NCBI GenBank assembly: GCA_963797095.1
Contig: CAWCNY010000001.1
Coordinates: 448,001-512,000, forward strand
DNA length: 64,000 nt
Reading direction: 5' to 3'
Source of the DNA: an uncultured Chloroflexia bacterium
GTDB lineage: Bacteria; Chloroflexota; Chloroflexia; QHBQ01; JADMIH01
The translations under genes were made by a program, and so were the position numbers. The notes below the pieces were generated by a model. That model had not been told where the DNA came from, did not search any database, and saw only the letters and a program-made list of their open reading frames with translations. Shown in pieces: positions 1 through 9,045 of this stretch. Each line of letters opens with the position of its first letter. Position 1 is the stretch's first letter.

Positions 1-332
1 GTGTTGAACTGGTGCAAATGCTCGCGATCAAGCAGGAGTTACCACCTCCAAACATAAGTGTCAAGATCCATGCCATTTTGGATCGCGCCAACCCGGTGCG
101 CCAGGACTATACAGTGTTCAATCATGTGCAGGTGGATTGCCACCTGAGAGGCGTCACCCAGGAGTTGGCCGATGAACTGGTGGAAGGGTTCACACGTCGC
201 TGCCCACTGTTCGGCTCAGTGAGGGTGTCCTGTCCGGACGTAAAGGTGAGCGTGACGGTGGATAGGGAAGTGTCAGAACCAAGGGCTCCCAATCTCTCCT
301 TTAGCGCTCAAAACGTTTCAGCCAAGCCTTAG
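1..332 (+). CDS. OsmC-like protein, 5'-partial
   Basis: Open frame from the window edge (VELVQMLA...), with an OsmC-type C-terminal Cys motif 'ELVEGFTRRCPLFGSV'. Confidence 0.6.
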   Translation, partial: VELVQMLAIKQELPPPNISVKIHAILDRANPVRQDYTVFNHVQVDCHLRGVTQELADELVEGFTRRCPLFGSVRVSCPDVKVSVTVDREVSEPRAPNLSFSAQNVSAKP

Positions 333-571
333 ACGCAAATATGATTTGCTGTTAGGCTGCAATCAGCGAGTTTTGCAGAGCACCAAACCGCTGCCGGAAT
401 AGCCGGCGTTGTTCAGACAGCGGCACCTGATCCAAAACCTCGCATCGGATAGTAGCGCTGCTTGATCCCTCGGTGGTCTTGCTCATAGGGTCGAAGAGCG
501 GCGCGCCACAGTCTTGCAACTGCACGTTTCCGCCCAGCGCCCTCAGAACTGGGCGGGCAACTCGTCGCTGC

Positions 572-1839
572 TGTAGTGTGTAAATACCCGTCCGACGCCT
601 GGATCTCCCTTGTGTACGGGTCAGAGTCGGTTTATGCTTTTGCATGCCCACCCATTTCTACCTGCTGGTGCAGCTTCTCAGACTGCTCTTGGATCTGCTC
701 GCCACCCGCCGTTTGTCTGACCAGCACAAGGACCTTGAGATCCTCCTGCTTCGCCACCAGCTCCGTATCCTGCAGCGCAGACTCCCCAACTCCCGGCCAC
801 CCCGCGTCTCTGTCTGGGAGAAAGGCATTCTCGCGCTGCTCGCTGCCCAATTCAGAAGGTACACCGAAGGCACGCGTCGCACCCTGGATGAAGTCGTCTT
901 GCTGTTCAAGCCCGACACAGTCCTTCACTGGCACCGACAACTGGTCAGACGAAAATGGACCTTTCGACGGGTTGGCAGACCATGCGTTGCAATTGAGTTG
1001 GCAGAGCTCATAGTTCGGCTGGCCCAAGAGAACCCAAGATGGGGTTACAGCAAGATCCAGGGGGAGTTGCTCAAGCTTGGTTACTCGGTCAGCCGATCTA
1101 GCGTGAGAAACGTCCTCAGAAGCCATCGGATCCCGCCCGCTCCACAGCGTAAGAAGAGTGGCACCACTTGGCGGAGCTTTCTTGGGCACTATGCCCACCA
1201 GATGTTAGCCGCTGATTTCTTCACGGTAGAAACCGCACGCTTGAGGACATTGTATGTCTTGTTCTTTATCGAGCTGAGCACTCGCCGAGTGCATCTATCC
1301 GGTTGCACTACCCATCCGACGTCTGCGTGGGTGACACAGCAAGCGCGAAATCTCGCCTGGGAGTTGGGCGACATGCAGGATATCCAGGATGTGGGAGATC
1401 GAAAGTTGCCAATACGCTTCCTGATCCACGACCGAGACGCCAAGTTCACCTTCCGTTTCGATGTCGTGTTTGCTTCAGAGAGCATCGAGACGATACTCAC
1501 TCCGTACCGGTGCCCTAAAGCGAATGCGTTTGCTGAGCGCTGGGTTCGGACAGCGAGGGAGGAATGCCTGGATCAACTGCTCATAATCAGCGAGGGGCAC
1601 CTACACCGAGTGCTAGCCGAGTATGTGGAGTATTACAACCAAAGAAGGCCGCACCAAGGTATCGGCCAGCGTATTCTGGTGCCCGTTTCAGTGAGAAGGG
1701 CAGCCAAGCCAGCAGTCGGAAGTGTTGTTAGCCTTGGTCGCCGGGATGTGCTTGGAGGGGTCATCCACGACTACGATTGGGTCATTATCGATGCTGCATA
1801 AGCCCCTTCCTGTGCACGGACGAGTTATTGCACACTACA
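572..1839 (+). mobile_element. IS481/IS3-like insertion sequence (rve integrase-type)
   Basis: Imperfect 22-bp terminal IRs TGTAGTGTGTAAATACCCGTCC (572-593) and the reverse complement of 1818-1839, TGTAGTGTGCAATAACTCGTCC (18/22); no TSD seen. Confidence 0.85.
644..1801 (+). CDS. Integrase-core (rve) DDE transposase
   Basis: Motifs ENPRWGY, ADFFTVET, LIHDRDAKF, ANAFAERWVRT, YYNQRRPHQG. Confidence 0.92.
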   Translation: MPTHFYLLVQLLRLLLDLLATRRLSDQHKDLEILLLRHQLRILQRRLPNSRPPRVSVWEKGILALLAAQFRRYTEGTRRTLDEVVLLFKPDTVLHWHRQLVRRKWTFRRVGRPCVAIELAELIVRLAQENPRWGYSKIQGELLKLGYSVSRSSVRNVLRSHRIPPAPQRKKSGTTWRSFLGHYAHQMLAADFFTVETARLRTLYVLFFIELSTRRVHLSGCTTHPTSAWVTQQARNLAWELGDMQDIQDVGDRKLPIRFLIHDRDAKFTFRFDVVFASESIETILTPYRCPKANAFAERWVRTAREECLDQLLIISEGHLHRVLAEYVEYYNQRRPHQGIGQRILVPVSVRRAAKPAVGSVVSLGRRDVLGGVIHDYDWVIIDAA

Positions 1840-3121
1840 GGCCCCCCTTTTTGGTGCCAGTGCCATCTTGGCCATCTTGGCCATCTTGGCCATCTTGATC
1901 AGTGGCATTGGGGGCACTCACTGCAGAAGCAGCAGGCGCTGCAGAAGCATTGGTACGGATGACTTCGAGGTAGGCATGTGCAAACATAGCCAGCGTGATA
2001 TGACGGTACCATGCATTCCAACGCCGCACTTCATATTGATCCAGCCCCACATTCCCTTTGGCTGCCTCAAAGCTTTCCTCAATCGCCCACCTCACACCTG
2101 CTACCCGCACCAACTCCTCAACAGGTGTAGCGTCTGGACCAAAAGCAAGATAGTAAGCAAGTTCCGTAGGGTCGCTCAAACTGCGCCGAGCCAGTAGCCA
2201 ACGGGCCATGTGAGCCGTACCAGCTCTGTGCTGGTGAGGGAGTTGAATACAAGCCCACTCATAGAGCCGCTCTCCTTGGCTCCCTTCCCCTGCGGAGAGT
2301 GTGGCCCATGCCTGCGCCTCCAGTTCGCCGATCAAGGTATCTGCTCGTTGCTGGTGACCGGCGCGCCAGATAGCGTGATCACAGGAGACCGCCAACACGT
2401 AGGAGTGTTGATTAGTTTCTAACCAGTGCCGTAATTCGCTGTCGTCCCCGTAAACTGCATCTCCCGTCACCCACCCAGCCGGAGTTGGAACCTGACCCCC
2501 AAACGCCCGCGCTAGCATCTGCTGAGCAAGCTGTGGTTTGGTAGCAAACACTACCTCGTCCGGTACGCCTGCCTCCTTGCGGCGCTGCTCATCAAGTGCC
2601 CACTCTTTTGGCAGATACAGTTCTCGGTCCAAGAAGGTATGTCCGTTAGGGCTTGCATAGGCGAGAAAGACGCCAATTTGGCAGTTCTCGATGCGCCCTG
2701 CTGTTCCACTGTACTGCCTCTGCACGCCGACCGACTTGGTACCCTTCTTGATGAAGCCGGTCTCATCCACGATTAGCACTCCCCGTCCCCGAGGATCGCC
2801 AAGATGCTCGACCACGTAGGAGCGCAGGTCGTCGCGGACAGCATCAGCATCCCAGTGAGCGGCATTGAGCAGGCGCTGTACTCCTTGTGGCCCAGCTTCG
2901 CCCAGGTGCTCAGCCAATTGCCAGCCATTCTTGCGCTCGACACGATCCAGGAGTGCTGCCAGATACCGCAGGGCTCGATCCCGGACTTCAGATCGGCGGA
3001 ACCGGCTACTGATACGAACATGCAAGGCATCCAATCCCCCTCGCCAGCCCTCAATGTCCTCTCGCCATATACGTTCTTGCTCTGTCTGCTGCGTTTGCAC
3101 TCTTCTCTCACTCGTCATCAT
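1835..3121 (-). CDS. IS701-family transposase (3' end truncated by the IS481-like element)
   Basis: [54 protein letters not shown]; the stop codon lies inside the neighbouring IS IR. Confidence 0.9.
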   Translation of the reverse strand: MMTSERRVQTQQTEQERIWREDIEGWRGGLDALHVRISSRFRRSEVRDRALRYLAALLDRVERKNGWQLAEHLGEAGPQGVQRLLNAAHWDADAVRDDLRSYVVEHLGDPRGRGVLIVDETGFIKKGTKSVGVQRQYSGTAGRIENCQIGVFLAYASPNGHTFLDRELYLPKEWALDEQRRKEAGVPDEVVFATKPQLAQQMLARAFGGQVPTPAGWVTGDAVYGDDSELRHWLETNQHSYVLAVSCDHAIWRAGHQQRADTLIGELEAQAWATLSAGEGSQGERLYEWACIQLPHQHRAGTAHMARWLLARRSLSDPTELAYYLAFGPDATPVEELVRVAGVRWAIEESFEAAKGNVGLDQYEVRRWNAWYRHITLAMFAHAYLEVIRTNASAAPAASAVSAPNATDQDGQDGQDGQDGTGTKKGGL

Positions 3122-3190
3122 CTGGTATCCTCCCTCCATTTCCATTCTAATCAGGATACCATACATTTGGATATAAGTGTCGCTGTAGTA
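1840..3190 (-). mobile_element. IS701-family element, left end intact, right end lost
   Basis: Left end on the minus strand reads ctaa|TACTACAGCGACACTT (ending at 3190), typical of IS701; no matching right IR. Confidence 0.7.
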
Positions 3191-3270
3191 TTAGCAGGCT
3201 GCTGGTCACGGCGTATCAATGACGAGCACCGCCTCGTGTACCAGGTACTCGAAGACAAGATCCGCATCCT
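3191..3270 (+). pseudogene. yoeB: Txe/YoeB toxin, middle fragment (5' part lost at IS701; interrupted by Tn3)
   Basis: Translates LAGCWSRRINDEHRLVYQVLEDKIRIL, the YoeB signature. Confidence 0.85.
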
Positions 3271-3579
3271 GGGGATCCGACCTCATCCGGACAAAAAACA
3301 ACGGTACAATTCGGTTAGGCTGGGGCTATTTGCCATAAGATGTATTCTCTTTCTCGATGTCGTTCGCTAAGGGCAGATTGTGAGGTGAATAACAAAAGGG
3401 GCGATATCCTGAGCCTGACCGATCCTAGAGAACTTCGGCAAACATTACAGTACTTCCACGCGATCAGTAGCTACAAAATCGAGATACGGGCGATTGTAGC
3501 TATCACATAGCTCAAGTACTAGTACTTAAGGATTAGTACGAATGCTGTACATTGTGAACTATACTACTTGCCGAAAGTA

Positions 3580-3608
3580 TTGACATAGCATTTTAGTCGA
3601 TCTATAAT
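3580..3608 (+). promoter_or_regulatory. Consensus sigma70 promoter for the cargo operon
   Basis: TTGACA (3580-3585), 17-bp spacer, TATAAT (3603-3608); perfect palindrome AAGTACTAGTACTT upstream at 3514-3527. Confidence 0.75.
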
Positions 3609-3874
3609 CTGGTTCTCAGCCTCGGCAAATTGCCTAACTTACAAGAAACCTAGCGAACAAGCGGGGGTAGTCCGTTACTTTTACCTCGGCATTTGAGCCT
3701 CAGTTGTACAACCCCTTATTGGTAAGGGACAGGACCATATCTGTTTGGCACAAACATCACTCCGCAGTTTCTACCCTCAATGTCTTGTCTTCGACTAGGT
3801 GATTCTCTTTCTCATCGTTTTAGGCTTTTCCACGATCCTCCAAGGTCGATAGACCGCTAGATAGCGGAGGTCAT

Positions 3875-4423
3875 ATGGATCCGGCCCTTACTCAAGCTAT
3901 TGCTTATGTGTCTATGGTTGCACAGGTCACTCTTGGCCTTGTATTTGCAACCTCCGCCATCGGTAAAGTTCTGAATATGGCCGAATTTGCGCGAACGATT
4001 GTCCAATTCAAACTCTTGCCACCTAGAATTACGAGAGTGGCCGCTACTCTCGTCGTTGTTGGCGAGTCATCAATAGTCGTCCTACTTATGGCTGGAGGTA
4101 TCATGACCTGCCTAGCCGCAATAATGGCTCTGATGCTCCTGCTGATCTTCTCTGGCGCCATCAGTTCGGCTCTCGCCAGGAATCTGGATACCGCATGTAG
4201 TTGTTTTGGGTCCAATCGGGAGCGCATTTCGCCATACGAGCTATGGAGGAATGGTGTTTTGATCCTTTGTTGCTTGTTGGTGCTAGCTCCTCTTGTCATA
4301 GGTACGTCCATCCCTCGCGAAAACGAACTTGCTACCTGGCTTCTGATCGGAACAACGGCAGGGATTCTTACGATTGTCCTAACCAATCTGCATAGAATTG
4401 GTCGGCTGGTACGCATGAGCTAA
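3875..4423 (+). CDS. MauE/DoxX-family membrane protein
   Basis: Multiple TM helices, VFATSAIGK, CSCFGS motif, 'WRNGVL'; RBS GGAGG. Confidence 0.85.
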   Translation: MDPALTQAIAYVSMVAQVTLGLVFATSAIGKVLNMAEFARTIVQFKLLPPRITRVAATLVVVGESSIVVLLMAGGIMTCLAAIMALMLLLIFSGAISSALARNLDTACSCFGSNRERISPYELWRNGVLILCCLLVLAPLVIGTSIPRENELATWLLIGTTAGILTIVLTNLHRIGRLVRMS

Positions 4424-4440
4424 ATACGGAGCGTGGAGTT

Positions 4441-5022
4441 ATGGAATCAATTCTCATATTCAGCAATGTAGCTCTTTGGGTGTTCGTCCTCTTCAACTTC
4501 ATCTTGACGCTTGCCTTAATACAACGATTGGGCTCTGGGCCTGTTTCCGCCGCCACACAGCAAGGTTTGCCAGCAGGAGAGCAGGCACCCCCATTTACAG
4601 CCGAAACACTGGCTGGTGAACAAATCACCCTTTCATCCTTTGCGGGTAGGAATGTGGCATTCATCCTTTTCGGGCTTGACTGCGCACCATGCCTGGAGGC
4701 TCTACCTGACTACGAGGCGCTTTCTCCAAAGGCTAAGCGCAAAGGCACAGAGATTGTGTTAGTAAGTCTGAACACTTTGGAGAACACCCGAGCATTTGCG
4801 GATGAACACAAGGTTCAGTGCCCAGTGATTATCGGGAACAAATCTTTTATGACAGACTACAAGGCGCGTGGCACGCCATTTTACACTCTCGTAGATGGTC
4901 AGGGCAAAGTTATCTCATCAGGGCCACCAAGCCGTAATGTGAAAGGCTGGCGCGAGTTAGCAAGTTCCTGGGAGGCGGTGGAAGATATTGTGCTTGAACC
5001 CGCTGGCGCCGCCGGCAATTGA
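4441..5022 (+). CDS. Membrane-anchored TlpA/MauD-like thiol-disulfide oxidoreductase
   Basis: N-terminal TM helix, GLPAGEQAPPF, CAPC active site, cis-Pro motif GTPFYTLVDGQG. Confidence 0.85.
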   Translation: MESILIFSNVALWVFVLFNFILTLALIQRLGSGPVSAATQQGLPAGEQAPPFTAETLAGEQITLSSFAGRNVAFILFGLDCAPCLEALPDYEALSPKAKRKGTEIVLVSLNTLENTRAFADEHKVQCPVIIGNKSFMTDYKARGTPFYTLVDGQGKVISSGPPSRNVKGWRELASSWEAVEDIVLEPAGAAGN

Positions 5023-5125
5023 GATGGGAAAGGAGGTGCTTGCGTAACTATAAGGATTTCGATTAGCAGGTTTGGATTGATGTGAAGACTCATGAGTAGA
5101 GGAAGGTACCTCAAAGGAGAAGGAT

Positions 5126-5446
5126 ATGGACAGCCTTGCAACTACGCTACCTATCACGAATACCTTGCTCGCCGTTGTTGACCAGCTAGGTAAGCGCGTT
5201 CGGATCCTTGATGTTCTGGTCAAGATGGCCGCAGATCGTATTACGCCCATCAGGAGTGCATCTGCAGCCTGTGATGGTGCGGTATGCTACACTCAATGTG
5301 AGCAGACCGAAGACTGTTGCACATGCGGCATCAATCAGCATGTACAGCTTATTAGGTACAAAGCAGTGGAAGTGTTTGGCTGCGACGGTGCAGACTATTG
5401 CCCGGGACCATGCTCTTCCAGTTGCCCGTTCTGTAACGGCTGCTAG
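5126..5446 (+). CDS. Cys-rich secreted peptide precursor (47-aa leader + 59-aa core with 12 Cys)
   Basis: Strong RBS AAAGGAGAAGG; leader ends TPIRSASA|A (A-X-A); all 12 Cys lie in the C-terminal 59 aa. Confidence 0.8.
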   Translation: MDSLATTLPITNTLLAVVDQLGKRVRILDVLVKMAADRITPIRSASAACDGAVCYTQCEQTEDCCTCGINQHVQLIRYKAVEVFGCDGADYCPGPCSSSCPFCNGC

Positions 5447-5755
5447 AAACAGGTTGAGCGATTACGCTGGGCCGCAAAGATTACCGCATGATAGCTCCTG
5501 ATAGCTCTCAAATACATGTCAGCCCAGGAGCGCGCAGGTTACCGTGAGCGGCTGTTGTGCAGTCACAGGCGGGGCAAGTAGTCAGAATGGGATCAATTCA
5601 GCTAATCTGCCATTCCAAGAAGTATGGCCTTTGTCAGCTTGGATGGGTTCCAATCAGTTAGGAAGAGCGCACGACCTGGCGAATCTAACTCGTCAGGTCG
5701 TGCGCGCACACTTCGACGCGGCTTCACCTGCTCATCTCGTAAGTAGCTAAGCAGG

Positions 5756-6427
5756 GTGGAGCCAGCTAGCGCACAACCCGAGTTGACGCAGGTTTTGTAC
5801 TTATTGGACCTGGAGGGTATTGCTTACTTGGAAAGGGTGTCGGTAGAGTTCATTGGCTGTCTCATGCTCGTTCTGTCGATCCTTCTGGCGGGCGGCTGTG
5901 TCGTGCTGTGGTTTTCCTTTGTCATCGTCAGAGTTGAAAACAATAGTATGGAGCCAACTCTCAAACACGGTGAGCGCGTGCTGATGTTCCGCCTCTGGCC
6001 CGACAGGTGGCTACGAAGGGGACAAGTTGTCATCATCTTGCCCTTGTTGCGCAATCGACCTGAGACACATCTGAGCCGCACGGTCAAGCCAGGGCGCAAG
6101 CCATTTATTAAGCGCATCGTTGGTTTGCAAGGAGACATCATCACAGCCCGAATCGCTGACCGGAATTCGCCGCATGAAGCGTACGATCCGACCTATAATA
6201 GCAACGGTCAACGAACTTGGCATATACCTCCCCGCCATATCTTTGTGCTTGGAGATAATTACCCTCGGGGCGAGGATTCTCTCGTCTGGGGACCGATCCC
6301 TGAGTGGAATGTTCTGGGTATTGCCTTACTCAAGTTGCCAATAGGGAGGTTAGGACTGAGAGAACGTGCGCGGTATGCAGATACCCTTACTTGCACCAAG
6401 ATGAGCGAGTTTCGGAGAGGCGGCTAG
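5756..6427 (+). CDS. S26-family signal peptidase I (start may be the ATG at 5864)
   Basis: Catalytic Ser box NNSMEPTL, Lys box FIKRIVG, FVLGDN..EDS. Confidence 0.88.
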   Translation: MEPASAQPELTQVLYLLDLEGIAYLERVSVEFIGCLMLVLSILLAGGCVVLWFSFVIVRVENNSMEPTLKHGERVLMFRLWPDRWLRRGQVVIILPLLRNRPETHLSRTVKPGRKPFIKRIVGLQGDIITARIADRNSPHEAYDPTYNSNGQRTWHIPPRHIFVLGDNYPRGEDSLVWGPIPEWNVLGIALLKLPIGRLGLRERARYADTLTCTKMSEFRRGG

Positions 6428-6584
6428 GTGTTGCCTTCCAGACTACAGAGGTTAACTTGGTCATTCCATGCCAACATTATCGAGCTTCAGTGGATAGAGT
6501 TTATGGAGAGATCGACCAGAAGTCTTCTTGCACACCAAACAGGTGTACGATATTTAACGCCAGTTCCAAGGTCACTAATCCAAC

Positions 6585-7592
6585 ATGGCCGAAGTAATAG
6601 CTACATCTCACACACATGAGCAAGAACTACTAGCTGCGTCTCTCAGGATGGAGAGCCCGTTCCGAATCGTCTGGCGGCGATTTCGCAAGAAGAAAGCGGG
6701 CGTCTTAGGGGTCATTTTGCTGGTTCTGCTGTCCATTGCGTGCATTGTGCTGCCCATGTTGTCAACATTTGATATCCAGCAAGTGAATGCAGTTCAAGGT
6801 TACGCCACATTTGGACAGACAGACCTGCTTGTGGGTGGTACGCATTGGCTAGGCACCGACTGGCTGGGCCGCGACTTTATGGTTCGCCTGTTCGTTGCTG
6901 GACGCACCACTCTGTTTGTGGCACTGATTTCTACATTGCTGGTGGTAATTATTGGTTCCATAGTTGGCGGGATAGCCGGTTATTACGGCGGGTGGATAGA
7001 TACGGTGCTGATGCGCTTCATTGACTTCTTACTAGCGCTCCCATTGCTGCCGCTCTTCCTACTTGCTGTCAGATTTCTACGCCAGACCCCAATCCTAAAG
7101 CCGTTATGGCTTGACCCAAACGCAAACTCGTATCTAACACTGGCTGTGATCAGCGGAGTGTTCATTTTGTTTAGTTGGATGGGGTTGGCGCGCCTGGTTC
7201 GGGGCTCAGTGCTGTCTTTGCGTACACTGACTTACGTGGAGGCGGCGCGTGCCCTTGGGTCGAGCAATCGGCGCATTGTCGTCCGCCACTTGCTCCCAAA
7301 TAGCATCGCGCCTATTCTTGTATCCGCCACCTTCGCCGTGGGTGATTTTATCATTCTGGAATCGGTTTTAGCATACTTCAATCAGGGAATCTACGACCCA
7401 CCGCTTCTGTCATGGGGTAATCTGCTAGTCGCCAATCTGACGCTGGCCTATAGCATTACCGAGCCTAACCCCTTCGTGAGCGTGCGCGGATGGCTCTTTT
7501 TCCTGCCTGGCCTCCTGGTGATTGCTACTGTGCTTTCCATCAACTACATTGGCGATGGGCTTCGAAACGCACTCGACCCGCACAGACGATGA
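6585..7592 (+). CDS. Opp/Dpp-type ABC permease (OppC-like)
   Basis: HWLGTDWLGRD, EAARALGSS loop, GDGLRNALDP. Confidence 0.92.
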   Translation: MAEVIATSHTHEQELLAASLRMESPFRIVWRRFRKKKAGVLGVILLVLLSIACIVLPMLSTFDIQQVNAVQGYATFGQTDLLVGGTHWLGTDWLGRDFMVRLFVAGRTTLFVALISTLLVVIIGSIVGGIAGYYGGWIDTVLMRFIDFLLALPLLPLFLLAVRFLRQTPILKPLWLDPNANSYLTLAVISGVFILFSWMGLARLVRGSVLSLRTLTYVEAARALGSSNRRIVVRHLLPNSIAPILVSATFAVGDFIILESVLAYFNQGIYDPPLLSWGNLLVANLTLAYSITEPNPFVSVRGWLFFLPGLLVIATVLSINYIGDGLRNALDPHRR

Positions 7593-7677
7593 AATAAGCC
7601 AATGGAGAATTACACGATTGTAACCCTCATGTCTCCACCATGTCGTGACCGTCAAATGCACGAATAAGTAGGACGCG

Positions 7678-8871
7678 ATGCTAACATACCTGATACGCCA
7701 ATTCATTCAGACACTAATCTTCATCTTGCTTGCGTGGCTAGTGCTTTATACCGTGCTGATTTATCTCATGCCAGGGGGGCCAGCGAACCGTTACAGTGCG
7801 GTAACGCAAGATCGTGCATTCCGTAATACACAGCGCCTCCTGGAGCAGCAGTATAGCCTCGATAAGCCCTGGCCACTCAGTTTCCTGGGGTGGCTCTACA
7901 ATCCTGATGAAATGACCGACACAGTCCTCGATGAAAACGACAAGCCAATTGAGATCACGAAGGGTATTGATTTTACAGTCGGCCCTATTCACCTCAGAGG
8001 GTCCGGTATGCTGACGGGAGATTTCGGTCGTCAAGAGCGCGTTCTAGGAGCACGCTTTATACCTTCGCAGCCGGTTGCAGACGCTATCGGTGCACGCTGG
8101 GTCAACACGGTCACGATGATAGGTTTGGCCTTCATAATAGCCGTGCTAGCGGCCATCCCCATAGGAATCATAGCAGCAGTAAGGCAAGGAACCTTGCTGG
8201 ACAATACGCTGACTTTCGCCACTTTTACGGGATTCTCTATACCCCCTTTTATGCTTGGTCTACTAATGGCGATCATTTTTGGGATACTGCCCTATCAGTT
8301 CAGAGCACGCTTTGGTTGGGAGTGGCTCCCCTATTTCCCAGGAGCGCTTGCATCAAGTAGTCTAGATTTGTCCAATAACCTCGCTGATCGCCTGTACCAT
8401 CTGGTGCTGCCAGTCGCCACTCTGGCCTTGCCCCAGATAGCGCTGTTATCCAGGCATGTGCGCTTCTCCATGCTTGAGATTATTGGGCAGGACTACATAC
8501 GAACCGCCTGGGCTAAAGGGTTATCCGCCAGACGAGTGATATTAAGGCACACGTTTCGTAATGCCCTAATACCCATAATTACAACAGTGGGGCTGATTAT
8601 GCCCGTCTTGCTAACAGGGGCAGTCATGGTGGAATCAGTTTTCGGTTACCCAGGCATGGGACAGCTTTATTTCAAGGCGCTCGGCGGGTGCCTCGCAACC
8701 GGTACAACGGGCGAGGGATTATGTCCTCCGGGCCAAGCTCTACTTCCCTTGGACTATCCGATGACCCTTGCGCTTACCATTATGATGATTGCGGCGGTCG
8801 CCTTCGCCAATATGATTGCGGATATCTTCTACACTTTCGCCGATCCAAGGATCAACTACAAGACTCTTTAG
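7678..8871 (+). CDS. Opp/Dpp-type ABC permease (OppB-like)
   Basis: QDYIRTAWAKGL, RHTFRNALIP, ESVFGYPGMG, ADPRI. Confidence 0.92.
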   Translation: MLTYLIRQFIQTLIFILLAWLVLYTVLIYLMPGGPANRYSAVTQDRAFRNTQRLLEQQYSLDKPWPLSFLGWLYNPDEMTDTVLDENDKPIEITKGIDFTVGPIHLRGSGMLTGDFGRQERVLGARFIPSQPVADAIGARWVNTVTMIGLAFIIAVLAAIPIGIIAAVRQGTLLDNTLTFATFTGFSIPPFMLGLLMAIIFGILPYQFRARFGWEWLPYFPGALASSSLDLSNNLADRLYHLVLPVATLALPQIALLSRHVRFSMLEIIGQDYIRTAWAKGLSARRVILRHTFRNALIPIITTVGLIMPVLLTGAVMVESVFGYPGMGQLYFKALGGCLATGTTGEGLCPPGQALLPLDYPMTLALTIMMIAAVAFANMIADIFYTFADPRINYKTL

Positions 8872-8933
8872 GTCGAGTTTTCAAGCATAGAAGGCTTCTA
8901 GACAATTCCATTTCGATAGTTCCCAACCACCAA

Positions 8934-9031
8934 CATCCGATAATATTGATTATCTGCTGGTTTCCCTGTGGTATACTGCTGATAACGCGCAAAATCTGGG
9001 GTGCTAATCCGCCTAAAGTACATCCGATAAC
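8934..9031. promoter_or_regulatory. Putative TnpI-type internal resolution site (inverted pair + two direct repeats)
   Basis: CATCCGATAAT (8934-8944) / ATTATCTGCTG (8949-8959) inverted pair with a 4-bp spacer; direct copies CTGCTGATAAC (8976-8986) and CATCCGATAAC (9021-9031), just upstream of the recombinase. Confidence 0.6.
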
Positions 9032-9045
9032 AGGGAGAGTGGGTT

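Noticed and set aside
352-651. Minus-strand 99-aa ORF
   Set aside because: Its start lies inside the IS481-like element; the remainder may be a truncated gene tail, but I cannot assign it.
2804-3370. 188-aa plus-strand ORF as a toxin fusion
   Set aside because: It is a chimera of IS701 antisense sequence, the yoeB fragment and the Tn3 IR.
3875-5446. Methylamine dehydrogenase (mau) operon
   Set aside because: The Cys-rich protein has no Trp for TTQ and no Tat motif, and mauB/mauG are absent.
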